Shown: one piece after another, positions 16,532 through 32,049 of the stretch
How positions within the stretch are numbered: the stretch's first letter is position 1
Layout: each line of letters starts with the position of its first letter
Assembly: GCA_964252075.1 (NCBI GenBank)
Contig: CAXULY010000052.1
Location: forward strand, 1-32,049
Length of the DNA: 32,049 nucleotides
DNA from: an uncultured Deinococcaceae bacterium
Lineage (GTDB): Bacteria; Deinococcota; Deinococci; Deinococcales; Deinococcaceae
Direction of reading: 5' to 3'
Notes under the pieces: generated by a model
What the model was told of the DNA's origin: nothing
Databases searched by the model: none
The model's input: the letters and a program-made list of their open reading frames with translations, nothing else
Translations under genes and position numbers: made by a program

Positions 16532-16561
16532 GAGGGCCGACCCAGTTGTGGGTCGGCCCTC
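16532..16561. terminator. Bidirectional terminator between trxA and the hydrolase gene
   Basis: 13-bp perfect stem GAGGGCCGACCCA-gttg-TGGGTCGGCCCTC. Confidence 0.75.
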
Positions 16562-16577
16562 TTCCCCTGCTGGAACT

Positions 16578-17153
16578 TCAGAAGCGGCTGATTTCGGGCG
16601 GCGTCCAGGCGTGCAGCACCTCGCCCAGCAGCACCTCCCCTTCCGGCCACGCGCCGTGCCCGCTCTCCACGTTGATGTGCCCCGCCTCCCCTGCCGTGAC
16701 GAACGCGGCGTCCCAGGCGTCCGCCATCTGCTCCGCGCGCTCGAAGCTGGAGTACGGGTCGTTCTCGCTCGCCACCACCAGCGCCGGGAAGGGCAGGGGC
16801 GTCTCGGGCAACGGCAGGAAGCGGCGCAGCACCCCCTGCGTTTCCGGGTCGGCGGGCCGCTCCAGATCGGGCGGCGAGACCAGCAGGGCGCCCCGCACGC
16901 GCTCCGGCACCTGCCCCTCCGCCGCCCAGCGCACCACGGTGGGCACGCCGAGGCTGTGCGCGACCAGCACCAGTTCGCCGGGCGTGGCGCGTACTACGTC
17001 CGCGAGCCGCGCCGTCCAGGCGAGCGGGTCGGGGTGCTGCCAGTCGTCCTGCTCGACGCGCCCGCCACCGAACTTCTGCTCCCAGATGCTCTGCCAGTGC
17101 TCGGGGCCGCTGCCGTGCCAGCCGGGCACGAAGACAAGGGTGGGGGTGGACAT
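16578..17153 (-). CDS. RBBP9/YdeN family alpha/beta hydrolase (start revised to ATG 17153)
   Basis: VPGWHGSGPEHWQ, VAHSLG nucleophile motif, SENDPY, AGHINVESG; TATGCT -10 box 5 nt upstream. Confidence 0.92.
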   Translation of the reverse strand: MSTPTLVFVPGWHGSGPEHWQSIWEQKFGGGRVEQDDWQHPDPLAWTARLADVVRATPGELVLVAHSLGVPTVVRWAAEGQVPERVRGALLVSPPDLERPADPETQGVLRRFLPLPETPLPFPALVVASENDPYSSFERAEQMADAWDAAFVTAGEAGHINVESGHGAWPEGEVLLGEVLHAWTPPEISRF

Positions 17154-17192
17154 GCCCCAGCATAGTGCGGCCACCGCGCGCAGGAACAACAG

Positions 17193-17226
17193 GAGGCGGC
17201 CCGCTCACGCGTGAGCGGGCCGCCTC
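17193..17226 (-). terminator. Terminator of the ribosomal superoperon (34-bp perfect palindrome)
   Basis: GAGGCGGCCCGCTCACG/CGTGAGCGGGCCGCCTC just after the rplQ stop. Confidence 0.75.
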
Positions 17227-17236
17227 AGCTGCTGGC

Positions 17237-17587
17237 TTACACCAGTTCGATCAGGGCGATGGGCGTCGCGTCGCCGCGGCGGAACCCGACCTTCAGGATG
17301 CGGGTGTAGCCGCCGGGGCGCTCGGCGTACTTCGGCGCGATCTCCGCGAAGAGCTTGGACAGCACGTCCTTGTCCTGGATGTCGCGCGCGACGAGGCGGC
17401 GGCTGTGCAGGCTGCCGTCCTTGGCGGTGGTGATGAGCTTCTCGACGTAGGGACGCAGTTCCTTGGCCTTGGCGGCCGTGGTCTGGATGCGGCCCTCGCG
17501 CAGCAGCGCGGTCGCCTGGGCGCGGGCCAGGGCGACGCGGCTGCTGGAGTGGCGGCCCAGCTTGCGGCCAGAGTTGCGGTGACGCAT
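17237..17587 (-). CDS. rplQ: 50S ribosomal protein L17
   Basis: [26 protein letters not shown]. Confidence 0.98.
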   Translation of the reverse strand: MRHRNSGRKLGRHSSSRVALARAQATALLREGRIQTTAAKAKELRPYVEKLITTAKDGSLHSRRLVARDIQDKDVLSKLFAEIAPKYAERPGGYTRILKVGFRRGDATPIALIELV

Positions 17588-17630
17588 GGGATTACTCCTT
17601 CATGGGCGGGGCGTCGCCCCACCCGGTGGG

Positions 17631-18602
<972 letters not shown>

Positions 18603-18613
18603 GCGAACCTCCA

Positions 18614-19231
<618 letters not shown>

Positions 19232-19336
19232 TTCACTCCTGTGGGCCGCGCCCAATTGGCGCGGCCGGAATCTGTCCCTCTGGTGGGCGCCTCAATGCCC
19301 CGGCTGGGGGCGGCGCGTCAGGTGGGATCAGGCGTT

Positions 19337-19723
19337 TTACTGACGGTTCTTCTTGGCGGGGCGGCAGCCGTTGTGCGGCACGGGGCTGTCGTCCATGATG
19401 CTCTTGACGTCAATGCCGCTGGCCTGGATGGCGCGGATGGCCTGCTCCCGACCGCTGCCGGTGCCGCGCACCACGACGTCCACTTGGTTCATGCCGACGG
19501 CCTGGGCCTTCTTCACGGCGTCTGCGGCGGCGAGCTGGGCGGCGTAGGGCGTGCCCTTCTTGCTGCCCTTGTAGCCGATGGTGCCGCCGGACGACCACGC
19601 GATGGAGTTGCCCTCCACGTCCGTGATGGTCACGATGGTGTTGTTGTAGCTGGCGTGAATGTACGCGCGACCCGCCGAGACGTTACGCCGCGTGCGCTTC
19701 TGCTTGCCCTTGACCTTCGCCAT
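19337..19723 (-). CDS. rpsK: 30S ribosomal protein S11
   Basis: ASYNNTIVTITD, TPYAAQLAA, PHNGCRP. Confidence 0.98.
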   Translation of the reverse strand: MAKVKGKQKRTRRNVSAGRAYIHASYNNTIVTITDVEGNSIAWSSGGTIGYKGSKKGTPYAAQLAAADAVKKAQAVGMNQVDVVVRGTGSGREQAIRAIQASGIDVKSIMDDSPVPHNGCRPAKKNRQ

Positions 19724-20103
19724 TACTTCCTCGCCGCCTTCTTCTTACCGGCCACGGTCTTCTTCGGACCTTTGCGCGTGCGGGCGTTCGTCTTGGTGCG
19801 CTGACCGTGCACGGGCAGGCCACGGCGGTGGCGCAGGCCACGGTAGCTGCCGATGTCCATCAGGCGCTTGATGTTCTGGCCGATCTCGCTGCGCAGGTCA
19901 CCCTCGACCTTGAAGGTCCGCTCGACGGCGTCACGCAGCTTGCTCTGCTCGGCTTCCGTCAGGTTCTTGACGCGCGTGTCGGGGTTCACTTCGGTCTGGG
20001 CCAGCACCTCTTTGGCGCGGGTCAGGCCGATGCCGTAGATGTACGTCAGCGCGATCTCGACGCGCTTTTCACGGGGGAGGTCAACGCCTGCAATGCGAGC
20101 CAT
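19723..20103 (-). CDS. rpsM: 30S ribosomal protein S13
   Basis: [23 protein letters not shown]. Confidence 0.98.
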   Translation of the reverse strand: MARIAGVDLPREKRVEIALTYIYGIGLTRAKEVLAQTEVNPDTRVKNLTEAEQSKLRDAVERTFKVEGDLRSEIGQNIKRLMDIGSYRGLRHRRGLPVHGQRTKTNARTRKGPKKTVAGKKKAARK

Positions 20104-20107
20104 GACC

Positions 20108-20221
20108 TTAACCCTGCCGCTGCTTGTGCTTCACGTTCTCGCAAATCACGAGGACGCGACCGTGGCGACGGACGATCTTGCACTTGTCGCAAATTTTCTT
20201 GACGCTACTGCGAACTTTCAT
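20108..20221 (-). CDS. rpmJ: 50S ribosomal protein L36 (37 aa, zinc-ribbon form; too short for the ORF track)
   Basis: Translated by hand: [45 protein letters not shown]. Confidence 0.97.
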   Translation of the reverse strand: MKVRSSVKKICDKCKIVRRHGRVLVICENVKHKQRQG

Positions 20222-20325
20222 TTCCTGCCTCCTCGCGGAGCCCCTCAGGGCTGCGCTCGACCCCACGTGTGGGATCTGTTGCGACGGGTGATCTCACCCG
20301 GTCAGCACATTGGTGCGGTGGTGCG

Positions 20326-20580
20326 TTACTTGCGGTAGACGATGCGACCGCGTGAGGTGTCGTAGGGCGAGATTTCCAGAACCACGCGGTCGCCCGGCAG
20401 GATGCGGATGTAGTGGATGCGCATCTTGCCGGAGATGTAGGCCAGGATCTCGTGCCCGGTGTCCAGCTGCACGCGGAAGGTCGTGTTGGGAAGGGCCTCG
20501 GTGATGACGCCCTCGGTGCGTACCGTGTCCTGGTCCTTGTTCTTGCGCTCGCGCGGTTCCCGCATTACTCGTCTCGCCAC
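20326..20580 (-). CDS. infA: Translation initiation factor IF-1
   Basis: [36 protein letters not shown]. Confidence 0.97.
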   Translation of the reverse strand: MARRVMREPRERKNKDQDTVRTEGVITEALPNTTFRVQLDTGHEILAYISGKMRIHYIRILPGDRVVLEISPYDTSRGRIVYRK

Positions 20581-20662
20581 TCGTCCTCCAGAAGTCTCGA
20601 AAAAAGACCAAACGTTATCCTAGCATGAGGTTCGGGGGCCAGCAAGCTGGCCGTCACAATGC

Positions 20663-21235
20663 CTAGAGCGCCGCCGTCATTCGGGCGTACACCTCATCCA
20701 TGCTGCCCACGCCGTCCACGCGCCGCAGCTGCCCGCGCGCGCCGTAGTACTCGATGAGCGGCTGCGTCTGCGCGCGGTACACCTGCTGGCGCTCACGCGC
20801 GATCTCCTCGGTGTCGTCGCTGCGCCCGGACTGCGCGCCGCGGTCCACGATGCGCCGGATAAGTTCCTCGTCCGGCACCTCCAGCAGCAGCACCGCTGTG
20901 ACAGGCACGCCCAGCTCTTCCAGCAGCACATCCAGGGAACGCGCCTGACTGGTGTTGCGGGGAAAGCCGTCGAAGATCACGCGCACAGGCTCCAGGCTCG
21001 CGAGTTTGTCCCGGATGAGCGCTGCCAGGATGTCGTCCGACACCAGCTGGCCGCGGTCCAGCACTTCCTTCACCTGCACGCCCAACTCCGTGCCGCGCGC
21101 CACATGGTCGCGCAGGATGTCGCCGGTCGAGATTTTGGTGAGGTTCTGCTCGCGCGCCAGGCGCTCGGCCTGCGTGCCCTTGCCCGCACCGGGCGGTCCC
21201 AGGAAAATCACCACGCGGTGTTGGTCAGCCTTCAC
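20663..21235 (-). CDS. adk: Adenylate kinase, short-LID form
   Basis: GPPGAGKGTQA, ISTGDILR, FDGFPR, GRSDD. Confidence 0.96.
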   Translation of the reverse strand: MKADQHRVVIFLGPPGAGKGTQAERLAREQNLTKISTGDILRDHVARGTELGVQVKEVLDRGQLVSDDILAALIRDKLASLEPVRVIFDGFPRNTSQARSLDVLLEELGVPVTAVLLLEVPDEELIRRIVDRGAQSGRSDDTEEIARERQQVYRAQTQPLIEYYGARGQLRRVDGVGSMDEVYARMTAAL

Positions 21236-21293
21236 ATGCACCTCTTGGGAGTGAAAAGGGGGGCGGTCTCCCGCCCCCTGCTGGCGTCCAGCG

Positions 21294-22598
21294 TCAGATG
21301 CGACCGCGAATGCGGCCCTTGCTGATGAAACCGTCGTAGCGCCGCACGGTGAGCTGCGCCTCGAGCTGCTTCAGGGTCTCGATGGCCACACCCACCACGA
21401 TCAGCAGGCCCGTCCCGGTGAACTGGAAGGTCGTGACGTGCGTGAGGTTCTGCACCACCTGCGGGATGATCGTCAGGACCGCCAGGAACAAGGCGCCCCA
21501 CAGCGAGATGCGGCTGGAGATGCCCCCCAGGTACTCGGCGGTGGGCGCACCGGGCCGCACGCCGGGCACGAAGCCCCCGGACTCGCGCAGGTTCTCGGCG
21601 ATGCGCTTCGGGTCGAACTGCACGCTGTTGTACAGGTACGTGAAGCCGATGATCAGCAGCACCTCGACCGCCAGGCCGGTGGCGCTGGTGGTGGAGAGGT
21701 AGCGGGTGATGAAGTCCGCCACGCCCGGCGCGCGCGTCTGCAGGCTGCCCTCCAGAATGCGCGGCAGCGAGAGGATGGCGCTCGCGAAGATCACGGGAAT
21801 GACGCCCGCCTGGTTCACCTTGATGGGCAGGTAAGTGGCCTGACCGCCGTACTGCTTGCCGCCCACCTGCTTGCGGGCGTACTGCACAGGCACGCGGCGC
21901 TCACCCTGGTACACGAAGACAATGCCCACCACGACCGCCAGCAGGATCACCACGAAGATGACGAGCTGCAGCAGGCTCACCTGGTCCTGGCGGAAGAGCT
22001 GCGCGGTTGCGGCGATCTCACTGGGGTAGCGCGCGACGATGCCGGCCATGATGATCAGCGAGATGCCGTTCCCGATGCCGACTTCGGTGATGCGCTCGCC
22101 CAGCCACATGGTGAAGGCGATGCCTGCCACCTGCGTGAGCACCATCACCAGGATGGTGAACGCACTGGCGTCCCAACCGACCGCAAGGTTGCCGGGGTTC
22201 TGCGTGACCAGCACCGAGAAGACGATGGCCTGCACGGCGCCCAGCATGATGGCCGAGATGCGCGTGTACTGGTTGATCTTCTTGCGCCCCTCCTCGCCCT
22301 CCTTGGAGAGCTTCTCCAGGGCGGGGATGGTGGTGGTGAGCAGTTGGATCACGATGCTGGCCGTGATGTACGGCAGCACACCCAGCGCGAAGATGGAGAA
22401 CTGCGAAAGATTGCCACCCGAGATAAAGCTCAACAGCCCGAACAGACCACCATTGGTGTTCTGTTCGAGCGCGGCGGAGTTCACGCCAGGCGTGGGGATT
22501 GCATTGCCCAGGCGGTACACCCCGATGAGGAGCAGGGTGAACAGGATCTTCCGCTGGAGTTCCGGAATACGGAACGCGTCGCGGAAGGCGCGCAGCAT
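21294..22598 (-). CDS. secY: Preprotein translocase subunit SecY
   Basis: SIFALGVLPYITASI, GIGNGISL, NQAGVIPVIFAS, PGVRPG. Confidence 0.98.
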   Translation of the reverse strand: MLRAFRDAFRIPELQRKILFTLLLIGVYRLGNAIPTPGVNSAALEQNTNGGLFGLLSFISGGNLSQFSIFALGVLPYITASIVIQLLTTTIPALEKLSKEGEEGRKKINQYTRISAIMLGAVQAIVFSVLVTQNPGNLAVGWDASAFTILVMVLTQVAGIAFTMWLGERITEVGIGNGISLIIMAGIVARYPSEIAATAQLFRQDQVSLLQLVIFVVILLAVVVGIVFVYQGERRVPVQYARKQVGGKQYGGQATYLPIKVNQAGVIPVIFASAILSLPRILEGSLQTRAPGVADFITRYLSTTSATGLAVEVLLIIGFTYLYNSVQFDPKRIAENLRESGGFVPGVRPGAPTAEYLGGISSRISLWGALFLAVLTIIPQVVQNLTHVTTFQFTGTGLLIVVGVAIETLKQLEAQLTVRRYDGFISKGRIRGRI

Positions 22599-22599
22599 C

Positions 22600-23085
22600 T
22601 TACTCGGCCTTCTTGTCGAACTTGTGGTTGGAGGGCTGCTCGGGCTTCGCCTCGGGCAGCACGACGTTGCCGCCGGCCGCGCCGACCGCCTGCACGGCGG
22701 CGTCGCTCGCGGCGTCCACGTGCAGGGTGATGGCCTGCGTCACCTCACCGCGCGCCAGCAGCTTGACCGGGCGGTCCTTGCGACGCACGAGGCCCCTGGC
22801 TTCCAGGGCGGCGCGGTCCACGACCGCCCCCGCCTCGAACAGCGCGAGCTGCGAGAGGTTCACGATCTCGTACACCGTGCCCACGTGCGTGAAACCACGC
22901 TTGGGGAGGCGCGAGATCAGGGTGGAGCGACCACCCTCGAAGAACTGGCCCTTCCCGGCGCCACTGCGGGCCTTCTGGCCTTTGTGACCACGGCCGGCGG
23001 TCTTGTCGGTGCCGCCGGGGCCACGGCCCACGCGCTTGCGGTTCCGGCGTGAGCCGGGCGCGGGCGTCAGATCGTTGAGCTTCAC
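22600..23085 (-). CDS. rplO: 50S ribosomal protein L15
   Basis: [28 protein letters not shown]. Confidence 0.97.
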   Translation of the reverse strand: MKLNDLTPAPGSRRNRKRVGRGPGGTDKTAGRGHKGQKARSGAGKGQFFEGGRSTLISRLPKRGFTHVGTVYEIVNLSQLALFEAGAVVDRAALEARGLVRRKDRPVKLLARGEVTQAITLHVDAASDAAVQAVGAAGGNVVLPEAKPEQPSNHKFDKKAE

Positions 23086-23264
23086 TGCGACACCTCCAGC
23101 AGGTGCTTGACCTTGTTCACCATGCCGCGCACCGCGTCGGTGGCGGTCAGTTCCTTCTCGTCACCGATGCGCTTCAGGCCCAGGGCCTTCACGGTGTTGA
23201 CCTGATCGGCGGGACGGCCGATCACACTGCGGACCAGCTTGACTTTCAGGGTGCCGGTGGTCAC
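23082..23264 (-). CDS. rpmD: 50S ribosomal protein L30
   Basis: [24 protein letters not shown]; operon position. Confidence 0.96.
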   Translation of the reverse strand: MTTGTLKVKLVRSVIGRPADQVNTVKALGLKRIGDEKELTATDAVRGMVNKVKHLLEVSQ

Positions 23265-23773
23265 TGGGCCTCCCTCAGCGCGCGGACCTGCTTGGCCGTG
23301 CGCATGCGCTTCAGGCCATCGAAAACCGCGTAGGCCACGTTGATCTGGTTGCGGCTGCCGAGCTCCTTGGAGAGGAGGTTCGTGATGCCCGCGAGTTCCG
23401 CGATGGAGCGCGGCACCAGACCGGCGATCACGCCCGTACCGGGGCCAGCGGGCTTCAGCAGCACCTGGCTCTTGGTGCTCTCACCGATGATGTCGTGCGG
23501 GATGGTGCCGTTCTCGACGGGCACGGTGATCATGTTCTTGCGCGCGACGGCCTTGGCCTTCTCGATCGCCACCGGCACTTCCTTGGCCTTGCCGATGCCC
23601 ATGCCGACGCGGCCGTTGCGGTCACCGATGATGACGAGCGCCGCGAAGCGGAAGCGGCGTCCGCCCTGGTAGGTCTTGGCCGTGCGGTTGATGGAGATCA
23701 TCTTCTCCTCGAACTCGCTGCTCTCCCGCTCGGCGTTGCGGTCGTTGCGACCACGGTTGAAGTTAGAAGTCAA
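23261..23773 (-). CDS. rpsE: 30S ribosomal protein S5
   Basis: [29 protein letters not shown]. Confidence 0.98.
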   Translation of the reverse strand: MTSNFNRGRNDRNAERESSEFEEKMISINRTAKTYQGGRRFRFAALVIIGDRNGRVGMGIGKAKEVPVAIEKAKAVARKNMITVPVENGTIPHDIIGESTKSQVLLKPAGPGTGVIAGLVPRSIAELAGITNLLSKELGSRNQINVAYAVFDGLKRMRTAKQVRALREAQ

Positions 23774-24098
23774 GGCCAGCCTCCCGCGCGGCCTCGGCCA
23801 GCGCCTTCACACGACCGTGGTACTTGTAGCTGCCGCGGTCGAACGTGACTTGCTTGACACCCTTCGCGACGGCCGCTTCCGCGAGGGCCTTGCCCACAGC
23901 GGCGGCGGTGTCGGTCTTGGTGCCGGTCTTCAGTGCCTTGCTGCCGACCTGCGCGATGGTGACACCGGCGGAGTCGTCGATCAGCTGGGCGTAGATGTGC
24001 TGGTTGGAGCGGAAGATGCTCAGGCGCGGACGTTCGCCCGCGGCGGCGCGCACCTTCGAACGGTTGCGCAGCTTGCGGCGCAGTTCGGTGCTGCTCAT
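23763..24098 (-). CDS. rplR: 50S ribosomal protein L18
   Basis: [28 protein letters not shown]. Confidence 0.98.
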   Translation of the reverse strand: MSSTELRRKLRNRSKVRAAAGERPRLSIFRSNQHIYAQLIDDSAGVTIAQVGSKALKTGTKTDTAAAVGKALAEAAVAKGVKQVTFDRGSYKYHGRVKALAEAAREAGLDF

Positions 24099-24652
24099 TT
24101 CTTGCCTTTCCCGCCGGTGGCGCCCGCCTTACCGGCCTTGAGGGCGATCTTCTCGCCGACATAGCGCACGCCCTTGCCGTGGTAGGCGTCGGGCTTGCGG
24201 GTGACGCGCACGTTCGCGGCGACCTGGCCGACGAGTTGCTTGTCAATGCCGGTGATGTCGATGCGGGTGGGTTCCGGCACCGCGAAGGTCACGCCCTGCG
24301 GCGGCTCGAACACGACGGGGTGGCTGAAGCCCAGGGCGAGCTCCAGGTTCTGGCCCTGCAGGCGCGCGCGGTAACCGACGCCGCGCAGCTCCAGGTTCAC
24401 GGTGAAGCCGTCGCTGACGCCCTTCACGGCGTTCGCCACGAGGGTGCGGGTCAGGCCGTGCAGCGCGCGGTGCTCCTGGCGGTCGCTGGGACGCTCGACG
24501 ATCAGCTGACCGTCCTCCTGCTTGATGGAGAGGGCAGGGTTGAAGGGCACGCTCAGCTCGCCCTTGGGGCCCTTCACGCGGAAGAGGCCCTTCTCGATGG
24601 TGGCGTTCACGCCACCGGGCACTTGAATGGGTTGTCTACCAATGCGCGACAT
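24095..24652 (-). CDS. rplF: 50S ribosomal protein L6
   Basis: [26 protein letters not shown]. Confidence 0.98.
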   Translation of the reverse strand: MSRIGRQPIQVPGGVNATIEKGLFRVKGPKGELSVPFNPALSIKQEDGQLIVERPSDRQEHRALHGLTRTLVANAVKGVSDGFTVNLELRGVGYRARLQGQNLELALGFSHPVVFEPPQGVTFAVPEPTRIDITGIDKQLVGQVAANVRVTRKPDAYHGKGVRYVGEKIALKAGKAGATGGKGKK

Positions 24653-24662
24653 GGGGCCTCCT

Positions 24663-25064
24663 TTACCAGACCACGCAGACGACTTCGCCGCCTACGCCAG
24701 CCTTGCGGGCCTCGCGGTCGGGCAGGAGTCCCTTGCTGGTCGAGACGACCGCCAGGCCCAGACCCTTCTGGACGCGGGGCAGGTGCTCGGCGCCGACGTA
24801 GGCGCGGCGGCCGGGGCGCGAGATGCGCTCGATGTGCTTGATGACCTGCTCACGCTTGGGGCCGTACTTCAGGCCGATGCGCAGCACGTCGAAGGCGCTG
24901 CCTTCGTTGCGGGTGCGCTCGACCGAAGCGATGAAGCCCTCGCGCAGCAGGAGGTGGGCGAGCTGCTCCTTGAACTTGGAAGCAGGCACGTCCACGCTCT
25001 CCTTGTAGACGCGCGTGCCGTTCCGGATGCGCGTCAGCATGTCAGCAATGGGGTCGCTCAGCAT
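24663..25064 (-). CDS. rpsH: 30S ribosomal protein S8 (start revised to ATG 25064)
   Basis: [30 protein letters not shown]. Confidence 0.98.
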   Translation of the reverse strand: MLSDPIADMLTRIRNGTRVYKESVDVPASKFKEQLAHLLLREGFIASVERTRNEGSAFDVLRIGLKYGPKREQVIKHIERISRPGRRAYVGAEHLPRVQKGLGLAVVSTSKGLLPDREARKAGVGGEVVCVVW

Positions 25065-25202
25065 GTGTCCTCCGCACGGAACCCCGGTGGGTTCCGGCTG
25101 GGTGGCGGCCGGGGGCCGCCTTGAATGGACTTCTTGTGTTGGGTGAACACCTGTCCGGACGATCACCACCCATGTGGGCGGTTCGTATCCGCACGAGGGG
25201 GT

Positions 25203-25472
25203 TTACCAGCTTGCCTTCTTGACGCCGGGCAGTTCGCCCTTGTGCGCCATCTCGCGCAGCACGATGCGCGACACGCCGAAGAAGCGGTAGAAGCCGCGGG
25301 GGCGACCGGTCAGTTCGCAGCGGTTGCGCAGGCGAACGGGGCTGGCGTCACGCGGCAGGGCGGCGAGGCCCTGGTAATCGCCTTCAGCCTTCAGCGCTTG
25401 GCGCTGCGCGGCGTACTTGGCGACCATCTTCTCGCGGTGCTTCTGACGGTTTACTTTGCTCGTCTTGGCCAT
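25203..25472 (-). CDS. rpsN: 30S ribosomal protein S14, 89-aa zinc-free form (start revised to ATG 25472)
   Basis: [31 protein letters not shown]; only one Cys. Confidence 0.97.
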   Translation of the reverse strand: MAKTSKVNRQKHREKMVAKYAAQRQALKAEGDYQGLAALPRDASPVRLRNRCELTGRPRGFYRFFGVSRIVLREMAHKGELPGVKKASW

Positions 25473-25599
25473 GTTCTTGTGTTTCCTTTCCCGCCCTGCT
25501 CGTTCGTTCGCGGCGCCGCTGGCGCCCTTCCGCACGTTTGCGCCGCACCCCTAAGGGCACGGCGCTCGCTGGGCACGGAGGTCCTGCTCGCGACCCTTC

Positions 25600-26139
<540 letters not shown>

Positions 26140-26198
26140 GTGTGTCCCCTCTTCGGGCGGTCAGGTCGCCCAGGACGCCCCGCAGGGCGCCCCAGTGA

Positions 26199-26561
26199 TC
26201 AGTCGATGGTCTTTCCGCTGCCCACAGCGACGCGGACCTTCTTGCCGTCCACGACGTTCCTGCGGGTGCGGGTGGGCTTGCCCGTCTCGGGGTCCACGAT
26301 CTGCACCTTGCTGGCGTGCATCGCGGCCTCCATCTCGGTGATGCCGCCCGAGGGGTTCGCGGCGGAGGGCTTCACGTGCTTCTTGACCACGTTCACGCCC
26401 TCCACAACGACCTTCTGCTCGGTCGGCAGCGCGAGCAGCACGGTGCCGGTCTGGCCCTTGTGCTTGCCGCGCGTCACCATAACGGTGTCGCCCTTCTTCA
26501 CGTGCAGCTTGTTGCTGTGGTGGCTGCCCGCAGCGGGCGCCTTGAGCTTACCGGTCGGCAT
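26199..26561 (-). CDS. rplX: 50S ribosomal protein L24
   Basis: KKGDTV...GKHKG KOW motif, VVEGVN. Confidence 0.97.
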   Translation of the reverse strand: MPTGKLKAPAAGSHHSNKLHVKKGDTVMVTRGKHKGQTGTVLLALPTEQKVVVEGVNVVKKHVKPSAANPSGGITEMEAAMHASKVQIVDPETGKPTRTRRNVVDGKKVRVAVGSGKTID

Positions 26562-26965
26562 TACAGCACCTCCGGGGCGAGCGACACGATCTTCATGAAG
26601 CGGCGGTCGCGCAGTTCGCGCGCCACCGGCCCGAAGACGCGGGTGCCGCGAGGCTCGCCGTTGTTGTTGATGATCACGGCGGCGTTCTTGTCGAAACGGA
26701 TGGCGCTGCCGTCGGGGCGCTGCACGCTCTTGGTCGTGCGCACCACCACGGCCTTCACCACGTCACCGGCCTTCACGGCGCCGCGCGGGGCGGCTTCCTT
26801 GACGCTCGCGACGATGATGTCACCCACGGCGGCATAGCGCTTGTTGCCACCGCCGCCGGTGGTGAGGCCCTTGCCGCCGATGCCGCTGTTCAGCACGCGG
26901 ATGCACATCAGCTCACGGGCGCCGCTGTTGTCGGCCACGTCGAGGCGGGACTGAGGCTGAATCAT
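26561..26965 (-). CDS. rplN: 50S ribosomal protein L14 with Gly-rich insertion
   Basis: [28 protein letters not shown]. Confidence 0.98.
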   Translation of the reverse strand: MIQPQSRLDVADNSGARELMCIRVLNSGIGGKGLTTGGGGNKRYAAVGDIIVASVKEAAPRGAVKAGDVVKAVVVRTTKSVQRPDGSAIRFDKNAAVIINNNGEPRGTRVFGPVARELRDRRFMKIVSLAPEVL

Positions 26966-27249
26966 GCCTCACCCCCCTCGGTCTCCACGGCGGTCGTCTC
27001 GATGCCGTGCGGGCGGTCCAGCAACTTGGTGACCTTCCAGGCCTTGGTCTTGGAGATGGGGCGCACCGAGAGGATCTCGACGCGGTCGCCCAGCTTGAAG
27101 GTGTTGGTCTCGTCGTGCGCCGCGTACTTCTTGGAGCGCGTCACGACCTTACCGTACAGCGGGTGCTTGAAGCGGCGCTCGACCTTGACGGACACGGTCT
27201 TGTCCGCCTTGTCGCCCACCACGACACCCGTGAGGGTCTTCTTCGGCAT
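26962..27249 (-). CDS. rpsQ: 30S ribosomal protein S17
   Basis: [23 protein letters not shown]. Confidence 0.98.
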   Translation of the reverse strand: MPKKTLTGVVVGDKADKTVSVKVERRFKHPLYGKVVTRSKKYAAHDETNTFKLGDRVEILSVRPISKTKAWKVTKLLDRPHGIETTAVETEGGEA

Positions 27250-27462
27250 TACTTACCAGCCTCCCGGCCTGATTCTGAACGGGCACGTTCGCTCCGCACC
27301 GTCAGGAGTTGCGCGACTTCACGGCGCAGCTGCTGCACGCGGGCGGGGTTGGCGAGCTGCCCAACGGCGGCCTGGAAGCGCAGCTCCATCAGTTCCTTCT
27401 TGCGGTCGGCGATTTCCTTGTCGTAACCGGCCACATCCAGGTCGCGGAAGCCCTTGAGGGTC

Positions 27463-27476
<14 letters not shown>
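27249..27476 (-). CDS. rpmC: 50S ribosomal protein L29 (start revised to ATG 27476)
   Basis: [25 protein letters not shown]. Confidence 0.96.
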
Positions 27477-29298
<1,822 letters not shown>

Positions 29299-29310
29299 TG
29301 TCCCCCTCCT

Positions 29311-30144
29311 TTACTTCCCGCCGCGGCGGGCGATGATGAAGCGGTCGGACACCTTGCGCTTCTTGCGGGTCTTGAAGCCCTTGCTCGGCTGACCCCAGGG
29401 GCTGACGGGCGTGCGGCCAATGCCGGTGCGGCCCTCACCACCGCCGTGCGGGTGATCCACGGGGTTCATGGCGCTGCCGCGCTGGTGCGGCTTGCGACCC
29501 AGCCAGCGGCTGCGGCCGGCCTTGCCGATCGTGACGTTCTTGTGCTCGGCGTTGCCCACGGCGCCCACGGTCGCGTAGCACTCGGTGTGCACGCGGCGAA
29601 GCTCACCGCTGGGGAGGCGCAGCACGACGTACTCGCCTTCCTTACCCTGCAGCTGCACGGCCGTGCCGGCGCTGCGGGCGATCTGCGCGCCACGGCCCGG
29701 CACCAGTTCGATGGCGTGCACCACGGTACCCACGGGAATGAAGCGCAGGGGCAGGGCGTTCCCGACGGTCGGCACGGCCTCGGGGCCGCTCGACACGATC
29801 TGCCCGACCTTCAGGCCCTCGGGGGCCAGCACGTAGCGCTTCTCGCCGTCGGCGTACGCCAGCAGGGCGATGCGGGCGCTGCGGTTGGGGTCGTACTCCA
29901 CGCTGGTGACTTTCGCGGGCACGCCCGCCTTGTCACGGCGCTTGAAGTCGATGATGCGGTACAGGCGCTTGTGGCCGCCGCCGCGGAAACGGCTGGTGAC
30001 GCGCCCGCGGTTGTTGTGACCGCCAGTCTTGTGAATGGCCTCGGTGAGACTCTTCTCGGGGCGCTTCTTGGTGAGGCCGGAGAAGTCGGCGGTGGTCATG
30101 AAACGCCTGGACGGCGTGTAGGGACGGTACTTCTTGAGTGCCAT
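29311..30144 (-). CDS. rplB: 50S ribosomal protein L2
   Basis: [30 protein letters not shown]. Confidence 0.98.
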   Translation of the reverse strand: MALKKYRPYTPSRRFMTTADFSGLTKKRPEKSLTEAIHKTGGHNNRGRVTSRFRGGGHKRLYRIIDFKRRDKAGVPAKVTSVEYDPNRSARIALLAYADGEKRYVLAPEGLKVGQIVSSGPEAVPTVGNALPLRFIPVGTVVHAIELVPGRGAQIARSAGTAVQLQGKEGEYVVLRLPSGELRRVHTECYATVGAVGNAEHKNVTIGKAGRSRWLGRKPHQRGSAMNPVDHPHGGGEGRTGIGRTPVSPWGQPSKGFKTRKKRKVSDRFIIARRGGK

Positions 30145-30157
30145 GTGCAATCTCTCC

Positions 30158-30441
30158 TTAGACCAGACCCTCGATGGCGTCGATCTTCTGGCCCTCGGCG
30201 AGCGTGACCATGGCCTTCTTGCGGTTGACGCGGCGACCGATGAACTTGCCGGTGCGCTTCAGCTTGCCTTCCACGTTGAAGACGTTGACCTTCACGACGC
30301 GCACGCCGAAGGCCTGCTGCACCGCGTTCTTCACGTCGGTCTTGGTGGCGTTGGGGTCCACCCAGAAGGTGTACATGCCGCGCTCGAAGCCCTTGTAGGC
30401 CTTCTCGCTCACGACGGGCGACTTGATGATGTCAAAGAGGC

Positions 30442-30445
<4 letters not shown>
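30158..30445 (-). CDS. rplW: 50S ribosomal protein L23
   Basis: [23 protein letters not shown]. Confidence 0.97.
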
Positions 30446-31990
<1,545 letters not shown>

Positions 31991-31994
<4 letters not shown>

Positions 31995-32049
31995 ACGAGC
32001 ACCTTGGTGACAACGCCGGCGCCGACGGTGCGGCCGCCTTCGCGGATGG
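31991..32049 (-). CDS. tuf: Elongation factor Tu, 3' end (partial)
   Basis: Translated by hand: ...[18 protein letters not shown], the EF-Tu C-terminal signature. Confidence 0.95.

Noticed and set aside
19232..20325. rpsK-rpsD and infA-rpmJ spacers (about 105 bp each) as regulatory RNAs
   Set aside because: Only short GC-rich stems expected by chance; nothing can be supported without a comparative alignment

Overview
High-GC window, most likely from a Deinococcus-lineage genome (L14 with the Gly-rich insertion, 89-aa zinc-free S14, many -10 boxes 5-8 nt before start codons). It has three parts. (1) 1-~5517 is the right end of a prophage-like element: tail fibre and beta-helix tailspike-like genes, a holin-like gene, a lipoprotein and a DUF6527-like gene. 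These are followed by a dense ~900-bp terminal region with two candidate structured small RNAs, a self-contained 69-aa moron gene, an 11-bp tandem repeat and an unannotated 52-aa inward-pointing gene. The element abuts a 5'-truncated comEC that resumes exactly at the first His of its metallo-beta-lactamase motif (HADSDH), so it appears to have integrated into the DNA-uptake channel gene and is a candidate competence switch. (2) 6176-17153 holds host genes: LCP protein, two S8 lipoprotein peptidases, pncB, MscS, plsX, NYN protein, a CatA-like acetyltransferase/DUF309 fusion, trxA and a YdeN-like hydrolase. (3) 17237-32049 is the contiguous tuf-S10-spc-alpha ribosomal superoperon on the minus strand. 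All family calls come from motif recognition, not database searches.
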